NCBI GenBank assembly: GCA_964636545.1
Contig: CAZWSR010000009.1
Location: forward strand, 1 to 28,347
Direction: 5' to 3'
From: Candidatus Undinarchaeota archaeon
GTDB lineage: Archaea; Undinarchaeota; Undinarchaeia; Undinarchaeales; UBA543
DNA: 28,347 nucleotides
Of this stretch, positions 1 through 7,603 are shown one piece after another. The notes under the pieces were generated by a model that saw only the letters and a program-made list of their open reading frames with translations, made no database searches and was not told where the DNA came from. A program made the position numbers and the translations under genes. Every line of letters starts with the position of its first letter. Position 1 is the first letter of the stretch.

Positions 1-192
1 CCTGTTGTAACTGACGATTACGGAATTCAGAATATTGCTAAGAAACTTGGTGTTGAATTTATTCCAGTTTTAGAAGAAGGAATTACAAAAATAATTGAGT
101 GGGAATATTATTGTTCTGGATGTAGAAGAAAAGCTGGAAAAAGTGGTGTTTGCAAAACATGTGGTGGGAAGATTAAGAGAAGAGAAAAATAA
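1..192 (+). CDS. nob1: Nob1-family PIN endonuclease, C-terminal part (5' truncated by window)
   Basis: Frame 1 reads PVVTDDYGIQNIAKKLG...YYCSGC...CKTCGGKIKRREK*: the PIN TDDY.IQN motif plus C-terminal Zn ribbon of archaeal Nob1. Confidence 0.88.
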   Translation, partial: PVVTDDYGIQNIAKKLGVEFIPVLEEGITKIIEWEYYCSGCRRKAGKSGVCKTCGGKIKRREK

Positions 193-194
193 TG

Positions 195-264
195 TTTGTT
201 ATTAGTTTTTGGTTATTAGTTATCTGTTTACTAAAGACGAATAACGAAGTACAAAAAACGATTT
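195..264. repeat. Inverted pair of degenerate heptamer arrays (5+5 units)
   Basis: tttgtta-ttagttt-ttggtta-ttagtta-tctgttt followed by actaaag-acgaata-acgaagt-acaaaaa-acgattt, between convergent genes. Confidence 0.7.
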
Positions 265-1324
265 AAAAATGTTCAACTAATTCTTTCAAAATATGCCGTT
301 TCTCAATATACAATCTCAAAACTGCTTGAGCTAAACCAAGTACTAGCGGTCCAATTATAACTCCTTTTACTCCAAACAAGAGTGGTCCGCCAAAGAAACC
401 TAAAATTATGAGCAATGGATGTATGTCAGACTCCCGTTTAACAAGCATTGGCCGGATATACAGGTCTGGAGCAATTGTTAGGAAGAATAAACAACAAATC
501 AGGAATACTAGCACGCGAACTGGGCTTCCACCAGGTATCAAGAACCAGTGCCATAATGCAAGAGGCACGTACATTGACCATGGGCCAATCACTGGCATAA
601 ATGAAATTATGAACATCATTACTGTCAAGAACACAAGTGCAAACAAGGTTGGTTGGAAAATCACCCAGTAAATTGCACTGAATAAGAGTGCAATTATTAT
701 TGATGTAAAGAAGTGTCCAACAAATAATCCATAGCAGATTCTGTCAAATGAAGTAATAAGTTCCTGTAGGAACCTTTCTTTCTTTGGAACATTTTTTGCA
801 ATGAATCTTTTAATTTGTGGTCCTTCATAAATAAAGTAGAATGATGTTATGAATAGTAAAAATATTCTCAAAATCAAGTCCAAGAGCCAAGTTGGGCGAG
901 TTATAAAATTTCCAAGTGTTGATGAAAGTCCAACCATAACTTTTCCTATTTCAGACGCAATCCTTTCACTTAAAACCCCGAATCCCATATCTTGTAGTCC
1001 ATATTTTAGAGTTCCTGCAAATTCACCTGATTGTACTGCTGGGAAATTTTGAATAAACCATTGAAGTAAATAATTTAAACCATATAAAATCGAAACAATA
1101 ATTGGTATAGTAACAATTCCAACTGCCAATACTGAAACAATAAGGTAGCGCTTGTTTTTCTTTGGCGGTTTCTTGTTCATCCACTTTGCAACTGGATACG
1201 CAATGTACGCTACTGCTAAACTGAGTAGTAGTACATCAGCAAACTCAAGTAAAACATAGCCAGCGAATCCTAGGATTACAACTAATAAACTAATTCCTGC
1301 AAATTTCCAACTGCGCGCTCCCAT
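263..1324 (-). CDS. AI-2E (PerM/UPF0118) family transporter
   Basis: 353 aa multi-TM protein with SFMPVIGP, DLYIRP and IHPLLIILGFFGG...GVIIGP motifs. Confidence 0.88.
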   Translation of the reverse strand: MGARSWKFAGISLLVVILGFAGYVLLEFADVLLLSLAVAYIAYPVAKWMNKKPPKKNKRYLIVSVLAVGIVTIPIIVSILYGLNYLLQWFIQNFPAVQSGEFAGTLKYGLQDMGFGVLSERIASEIGKVMVGLSSTLGNFITRPTWLLDLILRIFLLFITSFYFIYEGPQIKRFIAKNVPKKERFLQELITSFDRICYGLFVGHFFTSIIIALLFSAIYWVIFQPTLFALVFLTVMMFIISFMPVIGPWSMYVPLALWHWFLIPGGSPVRVLVFLICCLFFLTIAPDLYIRPMLVKRESDIHPLLIILGFFGGPLLFGVKGVIIGPLVLGLAQAVLRLYIEKRHILKELVEHF

Positions 1325-1371
1325 AAAAAAGAGATGTGTTTATATACTTTAAAAGCTTTTCTTTTTCTGAA

Positions 1372-2364
1372 ATGAAGAAAACGCTTGCTGCAATCATTTG
1401 GGGAACAGGAATTTTATTGATTATTTTAGTTCTTCTTGCTGGTTTGCGGGTGGAGCGCAGTCCTGTTGAAAATCTTGAAGAAGTAACTTTGCGACTTAGT
1501 TTTGAAGGTGAGTTTGAGATTAAACAACTTCGTGGAGAAACTCCAAAAATTGCATGGGCTGCTGTTAAGTCCTTGAATTATCCTGAAGCAAGTGAATATC
1601 TTGAAATAATTGATTTTGGCGCTTCAGAGCCGTATACTATTTCTAAAGATGCTTTTGGTAATAGTGTTGTTACTTTAAATTTTTCAGAACCAAAAATTGG
1701 GATTAACGCATACCGCTTGTGGACAACTGTTAAAACCAAAAAGATTATTGTAAATGAAATTCCTGACTCACTTGAAAGAATTCCTGATGAGTTTAGATAT
1801 GAAAATGACATGATTCAGAGCAAAAATCCAGAAATAGTTGCAAAAGCTGAAGCTGTAACGCAAAACAGTTTGACCCAATATGAAAAAGTCCGAGATGTTT
1901 CTGAATGGGTTTTTGATAATATTAAGTATGATTTAGCTGTTGAAAATGAAACCCTTGATGCACTTTGGACATTGCAGAACAAGAAAGGTGTTTGTGTTGA
2001 AATGTCGCACTTAGCAGAAGCAATGTTGCGTTCTCTTTTCATTCCAGCAAGACATGTTTATGGAGCAGCACCTTATAATTTCCCGTACGGCTGGCAAGAG
2101 CACACGTGGGTTGAGGCTTATGTCGGAAAATGGATTCCAGTTGACCCAACTTGGGATGAAACCGAGTATTTAGATCCAGCGCATGTAACTTTTGCTAGAG
2201 TGCCTGATCAAACAGATGTTGAGGAGAAAGTTAGTGTTTCAGGACGAGGAATTGAAATGGGGTATATGATTTTACCTGCAATGAGTGTTGAGATTATTGA
2301 TGAAAAGCGTGGTGAAGAACCGATTTATTTTGAATTGTTTGGGAAGAAGATAAAGTTGCGTTAA
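1372..2364 (+). CDS. Membrane-anchored/secreted transglutaminase-like domain protein
   Basis: N-terminal hydrophobic helix; Cys-His-Asp triad motifs GVCVEMSH, HTWVEAY, WIPVDPT. ATG 1372 chosen over GTG 1336 because TATA-like sequence lies at ~1339-1354. Confidence 0.85.
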   Translation: MKKTLAAIIWGTGILLIILVLLAGLRVERSPVENLEEVTLRLSFEGEFEIKQLRGETPKIAWAAVKSLNYPEASEYLEIIDFGASEPYTISKDAFGNSVVTLNFSEPKIGINAYRLWTTVKTKKIIVNEIPDSLERIPDEFRYENDMIQSKNPEIVAKAEAVTQNSLTQYEKVRDVSEWVFDNIKYDLAVENETLDALWTLQNKKGVCVEMSHLAEAMLRSLFIPARHVYGAAPYNFPYGWQEHTWVEAYVGKWIPVDPTWDETEYLDPAHVTFARVPDQTDVEEKVSVSGRGIEMGYMILPAMSVEIIDEKRGEEPIYFELFGKKIKLR

Positions 2365-2367
2365 ATT

Positions 2368-2379
2368 TTATACCGCAAA
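2368..2379. repeat. 12-bp direct repeat ttataccgcaaa, copy 1 (copy 2 at 3137-3148 in the aRF1 3' end)
   Basis: Exact 12-nt match seen in sequence. Confidence 0.7.
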
Positions 2380-2472
2380 TTAGAAGAAATTTATTGTATC
2401 TATTTCTTCTCCAACTCTCGTAAGTTTATTTAGTTGCTGAATTTTTATAAACATTCCCTGAACATTTTTTCT

Positions 2473-2829
2473 ATGAACAAACCAATTCGTGTTGTTCTTC
2501 TTGACAATGCTAAAAAAATGTTTGAAAATCTCAGAGAAACCACTATTAAGCAGGTTATTTCTGGAAAATCGTCTTCTTTTGAGCTTCAATTGCTTCGAGC
2601 AATCCATAATAAAATAAATTTAATTAAGAAAAATCCTTTTTATGGTGATAATATTCCTAAAAAATTAATTCCAGTAACTTATGCTGTTCAAAATCTTTGG
2701 CGGATTGAGCTTCCTGGGTTTTGGCGGATGCTTTATACAATCAAAGGTAGTCAAATAGAGATAGTTTGTTTTGTTAAAGATATTCTGTCACATAAAGATT
2801 ACAATAAAAAGTTCGGTTATTCCAGTTAA
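2473..2829 (+). CDS. RelE/ParE-superfamily toxin-like protein
   Basis: 118 aa basic protein with NPFYGD...NLWRIELPGFWRMLYTI...ILSHKDYNKKFGY; TATA tttataaa about 25 nt upstream of ATG 2473. Confidence 0.7.
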   Translation: MNKPIRVVLLDNAKKMFENLRETTIKQVISGKSSSFELQLLRAIHNKINLIKKNPFYGDNIPKKLIPVTYAVQNLWRIELPGFWRMLYTIKGSQIEIVCFVKDILSHKDYNKKFGYSS

Positions 2830-3092
2830 ATTTCAAGCCCTGCTTTTTTCAATTTCTTTAGCTCTTTTTGTTCTGTGAATATCCAGAGTACTCCTTTTGT
2901 CCCAATTATTATTTTTCCGCTGAGCTGGAGATAATCAAGAATGTGCAAAAGCGTGTTGTGCATTATTTTTTTTGGAAGCTTACGTTTTATATCTGCTATT
3001 GTCATCAAGTCTCCTGTTTTAAGAACCGACTCTACCATTAAAATTGTTTTTAGTGTTGGTGAGTGAATTGGTATTTCAAGAACTTGTTTCAT
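2826..3092 (-). CDS. Small winged-HTH DNA-binding protein, putative antitoxin/regulator
   Basis: 88 aa with SPTLKTILMVE...IADIKRKLP...ILDYLQLSGKI wHTH-like pattern; stop overlaps the toxin stop; palindrome at its own promoter. Confidence 0.6.
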   Translation of the reverse strand: MKQVLEIPIHSPTLKTILMVESVLKTGDLMTIADIKRKLPKKIMHNTLLHILDYLQLSGKIIIGTKGVLWIFTEQKELKKLKKAGLEI

Positions 3093-3123
3093 ATTGATAT
3101 AAGTCTATATCAATTATATATAA
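3093..3123 (-). promoter_or_regulatory. TATA box plus perfect 9-4-9 inverted repeat (putative autoregulatory operator)
   Basis: attgatata-agtc-tatatcaat (3093-3114) lies between ttatatataa (3114-3123) and the ATG at 3092. Confidence 0.6.
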
Positions 3124-3129
3124 ATGTTT

Positions 3130-4215
3130 CTATAACTTATACCGCAAAATCGCAGCAGCTCCACCCAAACTCTTAATCTGCTGTCCTTCTCTTGTTTCAA
3201 GTGAAATAATTTCTAATTTAGAGCCAGCATCTTCTGCTAGTTTTTCAAATTCTTCAATAAGTGCATCTTCAGAATCTTCTGAAAGCATTGCAGTTTCAAC
3301 AGCACCTTGCGTTAATGCACCACGAATTTCATCAACACCATAAGCAGTAAGTCCATCGTCCTTGCCCATGTGTCCAAGGAATTCATTAACTAAGTTCCGT
3401 TCTTTTGTAATTTCAGCTTCTGCAAGAATATCTTTTGCTTTTTCAAGTAATTCAGTAATTCCTTGCTCTCCAGTATAACCAATATCTAACACTCCAATAA
3501 CTTTCTTTTTCAAAGATGTTTCAAGATTACCAACCTCTAAAAATTCTTCTTTTGTTGGTCCAGGTCCTCCAATCAGAATTCCGCGCAAATCCTTAACTTC
3601 TTTGAAACTAGTATTAGCAACATCTGCGACTTTTCTGTAAAATTCCTTAGCCATTCCCTCAATAACGCGCTCAAATCTTTGTGCAGATTGACCTCCTGCC
3701 CGGAATTTTCCAGGAATTAGTGAGTTAAACTTTTTCACAATTTCAAAACGCTTTCCTCTGAGCAGAACAACATCAGCATGTTGTCTTTCAATTACAATAA
3801 TTCCGTAGGTCTCAACATCTTCAAGCATTTCCTCCATTGGTTCCATTACAAATTTCTGAGAACATCTGTACAAGTTCATATTCAATGGCTTTGGCGGAAC
3901 AATTGATTCAATAATAAAGTCCTCTCTTCCTTCAACCTCTGAAACATTACCGCAAAAAACCGCCATACCGTTCTTTGGAGTTCTTTTAAATAATTTAAAA
4001 TGCTGAAGAATTTTTGTTAATGCAGTTGTAACATTCTTCCGTGTGGTTGCGCTTTTAATATTAACAGCTGTTCCTTGCTCATCACCTAGTCGCTGAGCAA
4101 CCTTGTCTAAATTATACCCGTCAGCAATATAAACTGTAATTAATTCAGTATGACGTCCCCTATAGGAAGCAAGTTCTTTCAGCTTCTTTTTGAGATTACG
4201 GCCTTCATCAGTCAT
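3130..4215 (-). CDS. prf1: Peptide chain release factor aRF1
   Basis: NIKS, YRC and GGQSAQRFER motifs; C-terminal GGAAAILRY; compact 361-aa form. Confidence 0.97.
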   Translation of the reverse strand: MTDEGRNLKKKLKELASYRGRHTELITVYIADGYNLDKVAQRLGDEQGTAVNIKSATTRKNVTTALTKILQHFKLFKRTPKNGMAVFCGNVSEVEGREDFIIESIVPPKPLNMNLYRCSQKFVMEPMEEMLEDVETYGIIVIERQHADVVLLRGKRFEIVKKFNSLIPGKFRAGGQSAQRFERVIEGMAKEFYRKVADVANTSFKEVKDLRGILIGGPGPTKEEFLEVGNLETSLKKKVIGVLDIGYTGEQGITELLEKAKDILAEAEITKERNLVNEFLGHMGKDDGLTAYGVDEIRGALTQGAVETAMLSEDSEDALIEEFEKLAEDAGSKLEIISLETREGQQIKSLGGAAAILRYKL

Positions 4216-4963
4216 TGATTTCTCCGTGTATTACCGCAATTAACATGTTAAAATAGTCTTCGCCCAGAGCGTTATAAGATTTTTCTGTAAAATCTAATGA
4301 ATTAAAATGTGGTTGTTTCAACATCCCATGGTATATTTTTTCTATTGGAAACCTTTTTCCAAACATTTTTTTAACTTCTTCTTTTCCTTTTCTAAAGTCC
4401 AAACGTGCTTTTTCTGTTATATAAAGCGGTTTTAAATTTAAACCAAGAATCATTGTTTTTCTTTTGAATTCAACATCCTCTACAAGTATCATTTCTTTAA
4501 AATCTTGTTCATATGCTTTCTCAAATTTTTCATTCTTTTTTGAAAAATATATAACTGCACTATCTCCATATATTTCTGTAATGTACTGATTTCTTTCAAT
4601 TTTTTCATTAGCTAATGTACATTCTGTTTCAGCTACTTCATGTGCTATTTCTAGAAAGAAAACTTCTTCAGGATATTTTTGGTGCATTATAGATTTATAC
4701 ACAAGTGGCGGAATACAAATAGCTGCGATCTTTTTTTTTGTATTAACCATGGATATTAAGGCTTTATTTGTTTTTGCAGAAAATGTGTCATACTCTTTTT
4801 CAGTCATATTCAATTTCTTTTTCATTTTTAAATAATTTTCTGGAGTAATTTCTTCTGAAACAAGATAAAATTTTACTTTTGGAACAACTCCTAATTTTTC
4901 AGCACAAAATATTTTAGTTTCATCAACTGCTTTTTGGAATAATTCCATTGTTAATTCAGTCAT
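4208..4963 (-). CDS. Hypothetical protein with zincin-like EIAHEVAETE segment
   Basis: ~251 aa ORF coupled to valS (TGATG overlap) and overlapping the aRF1 start; HExxE rather than canonical HExxH. Confidence 0.7.
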   Translation of the reverse strand: MTELTMELFQKAVDETKIFCAEKLGVVPKVKFYLVSEEITPENYLKMKKKLNMTEKEYDTFSAKTNKALISMVNTKKKIAAICIPPLVYKSIMHQKYPEEVFFLEIAHEVAETECTLANEKIERNQYITEIYGDSAVIYFSKKNEKFEKAYEQDFKEMILVEDVEFKRKTMILGLNLKPLYITEKARLDFRKGKEEVKKMFGKRFPIEKIYHGMLKQPHFNSLDFTEKSYNALGEDYFNMLIAVIHGEIND

Positions 4964-7452
4964 CACAACTCCATAGTCATTTCAACAGATAACTCACAAT
5001 TTACTTTCTCACCTTCGCCTTTTCCAATCACAAGTTTCTCTGCTCTTGAAGCGCCTTGCAAGTCCAATTTAAACATTGTTATGGCTTTTTTCAATTCTTC
5101 TTTCCTTGCATCAATGTATAATGTTTTTACTTCTTTTCCAAGTGAAATTGCTTTCTCTTGTTTGAATTGTCGCACTGAAGCAAGCAATTTCTTTAAAATT
5201 TCACCAGCAGTTTCAATTTTCACATCACTTTTATCCGCTTTTGGCCATTTGCAAACATGAATGCTCTTTGCTTTTTCAAATTCTTTGAAATACATTTGAT
5301 AAATTTCTTCAGTAACATATGGCATTATTGGTGCAAATAATTTGAGAACATTTGATGCAACTGTGTAAAGTGTGTATTGAGCAGCTTCTTTCTCTCCTTT
5401 TGCATATTTTTCAGGTGAATAAATTCTATCTTTTACAATTTCTAGGTAATAATCGCAGAATTCATGCCAGAAAAGTTTCTCGCATTCAAGTTTTGCTTTG
5501 GAATATTCATATTTTTCAAAACTTTCAGTTGAAAACTTGATAACGGTGTTCATTCGCGACAAAATCCACTTATCAACTGCTCGCAGTTTCGGCTGTTGGC
5601 TTTTAGCTGTTGGCTTTTTGCCTGACTGCTGATTGCTGAGGGCTGATGCCTGTTTCGGTTTGTAACCTTCCAATTGCATTATAACAAATTTACATGCATT
5701 GAACATCTTGATTGCAAATTTTTGACCAGTTGCAAGATCTTTTTCTTGGAAAGGCAAATCATCACCAAGTGAACTGCCAGCTGCCCAGAACCGCAATGCA
5801 TCAGCACTGTAATTTTCAATCATTGCATGTGGGTCAACAACATTTCCAAATGATTTTGACATTTTCTTTCCATGGGGATCAAGTGCCCAACCAGAAATCA
5901 TTACATCTTTCCATGGGTTTACTTTATCATGCATCTGCGCTTTTACAACAGTGTTGAAAAGCCAAAAAGTGATTATGTCGTGTGCCTGTGGTCGTAAATC
6001 CATTGGATAAATCTTGTCAAATTGCTCAGGGAACATTTCTGCAGCAAGTTTTGGAGTAAGTGAAGAAGTTGCCCAGGTGTCAAGCACATCTTTTTCTGGT
6101 TCAAATTCACTAGATCCGCAAGTACAGTCTTTTTTTGGTTTATCAATTAATGGATCAATTGGCAAATCTTCTATAGCTGGTAAAGTTACTTTTCCGCAAT
6201 TTTTACAATACCAGCAAGGAATTGGAACTCCGTAGAATCGTTGTCGTGAAATACACCAATCCCATTGCAAACCTTCTACCCAATTTTGATAACGGTTTAC
6301 CATGTGATTTGGATACCAGTTTAGTGATTCTCCTGCTTTACGCAGATCATCTTTTAGATCAAGATATTTGATAAACCACTGTTTGGAATTAATAATTTCC
6401 ATTGGAGTTCCGCAGCGTTCATGTACATTAACTTCATGCTTGATTGGTGTTTGTTTTACCAGAAGTTTTGCAGCTTTCAAATCAGCAAGAATTGCTTTTC
6501 GTGCATCTAGGATACTCATTCCCTGATATTTTCCTGCTTTTTCAGTCATTTTGCCATCAGGAGTAATGCTCATAACAAGTGGAAGATTGTGTGCATGGTA
6601 CCATTCAATATCGGTTTGGTCACCAAAAGTACAACACATAACAATGCCTGTTCCTTTTTTCATATCAACACGGTCATCTTTCTTAATATCGACTCTAATA
6701 TTGAATAACGGAACTTTTGCTGTTTTTCCAATTAATTCTTTGTATCTTTTATCTCGTGGATGCGCGAAAATCGCAACACAGCTTGGCAATAATTCAGGCC
6801 TAGTTGTTGCAATTACGAGGTCTTTTCCATTATCAAGCTTGAAAATAATATCATTGAAAGTGCTGTCAAGTTCTTTGTCAATTAATTCAACTTGTGCAAT
6901 AGCCATATGACATTCTGGGCACCACATTGTTGGTGCTTCTTTCTGGTATTCGCGTCCTTGGTTGTATAAATCAATAAACGATTTTTGTGAAATTTTCTGA
7001 GAGTTGTTGTTTATTGTGGTATAAAAAATATTATAATCAGCAGATACGCCGATTTTTTTCCAGTCAGAAATGTATTTTGGTCGTAGTTCATTGTCAAGTG
7101 TGTCTAAACAGAATTTTCTGAATTCTTCCCTACTCATGTTTGTGTGCCTGACATTCTTGGTTTTTTCAATTAATCTCTCAGTTGCAAGACCATTATCGTC
7201 AGTTCCAAAAGGATAGAACATGTTGAACCCTTGCATTCGTTTGTATCGTGCAATAAAGTCCATTTGTGAGTATGAAAACGCATGACCTATGTGCATTCTT
7301 CCAGAAACAGTTGGCGGTGGAGTGTCTATTGAATAAATGGGATTCTCACTTGTTGGATCAAATGCATAAATTTTTTCAGTGTCCCACCACTTAGTCCATT
7401 TTGGTTCTGATTCTTTTGGATTGTATTTTTTTGGAAGTTCTTTTTTTGTCAT
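4963..7452 (-). CDS. valS: Valine--tRNA ligase (archaeal type)
   Basis: DTPPPTVSG, HIGH, DWCISRQR and KMSKS motifs; 829 aa. Confidence 0.97.
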   Translation of the reverse strand: MTKKELPKKYNPKESEPKWTKWWDTEKIYAFDPTSENPIYSIDTPPPTVSGRMHIGHAFSYSQMDFIARYKRMQGFNMFYPFGTDDNGLATERLIEKTKNVRHTNMSREEFRKFCLDTLDNELRPKYISDWKKIGVSADYNIFYTTINNNSQKISQKSFIDLYNQGREYQKEAPTMWCPECHMAIAQVELIDKELDSTFNDIIFKLDNGKDLVIATTRPELLPSCVAIFAHPRDKRYKELIGKTAKVPLFNIRVDIKKDDRVDMKKGTGIVMCCTFGDQTDIEWYHAHNLPLVMSITPDGKMTEKAGKYQGMSILDARKAILADLKAAKLLVKQTPIKHEVNVHERCGTPMEIINSKQWFIKYLDLKDDLRKAGESLNWYPNHMVNRYQNWVEGLQWDWCISRQRFYGVPIPCWYCKNCGKVTLPAIEDLPIDPLIDKPKKDCTCGSSEFEPEKDVLDTWATSSLTPKLAAEMFPEQFDKIYPMDLRPQAHDIITFWLFNTVVKAQMHDKVNPWKDVMISGWALDPHGKKMSKSFGNVVDPHAMIENYSADALRFWAAGSSLGDDLPFQEKDLATGQKFAIKMFNACKFVIMQLEGYKPKQASALSNQQSGKKPTAKSQQPKLRAVDKWILSRMNTVIKFSTESFEKYEYSKAKLECEKLFWHEFCDYYLEIVKDRIYSPEKYAKGEKEAAQYTLYTVASNVLKLFAPIMPYVTEEIYQMYFKEFEKAKSIHVCKWPKADKSDVKIETAGEILKKLLASVRQFKQEKAISLGKEVKTLYIDARKEELKKAITMFKLDLQGASRAEKLVIGKGEGEKVNCELSVEMTMEL
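5586..5658. repeat. In-frame heptamer-array insertion in valS flanked by 7-bp direct repeat
   Basis: Coding strand: ccgaaac aggcatc agccctc agcaatc agcagtc agg caaaa agccaac agctaaa agccaac ag ccgaaac. Confidence 0.7.
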
Positions 7453-7459
7453 AGCAGTA

Positions 7460-7554
7460 TATTTTCACAGAAAAAAACTGTGAAGAAAATAAGCTAGTTC
7501 CCCTACACAGGGGTCATATAACGACAACGATATTTGAGGTCATTTTTACTAGCT
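7460..7554 (-). promoter_or_regulatory. Putative leader-peptide attenuator of valS (alternative stem-loops and U7 tract)
   Basis: Hairpin CCCCU-GUGU-AGGGG (7513-7500); hairpin UUCACAG-U7-CUGUGAA (7484-7464); competing stem between them; AGCUAGU/ACUAGCU helix (7554-7548 with 7498-7492). Confidence 0.65.
7514..7543 (-). CDS. Val-rich leader peptide MTSNIVVVI upstream of valS
   Basis: atg acc tca aat atc gtt gtc gtt ata tga: three tandem Val codons; the stop lies 61 nt upstream of the valS ATG. Confidence 0.7.
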   Translation of the reverse strand: MTSNIVVVI

Positions 7555-7575
7555 GTATACCATTTAGGTAAATTA

Positions 7576-7589
7576 TTTATAAGCTTTCG
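7576..7589. promoter_or_regulatory. Likely bidirectional TATA box (valS leader / MFS gene) with BRE-like cgaaag on minus strand
   Basis: tttataag at 7576-7583; about 20-28 nt from the MFS ATG and 33-40 nt from the leader ATG. Confidence 0.55.
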
Positions 7590-7603
7590 CATAACCTTGC
7601 GCA

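Noticed and set aside
7549-7563. Second uORF MVYS* upstream of the valS leader
   Set aside because: Its ATG (7563) is only about 13 nt from the TATA box, likely upstream of the transcription start.
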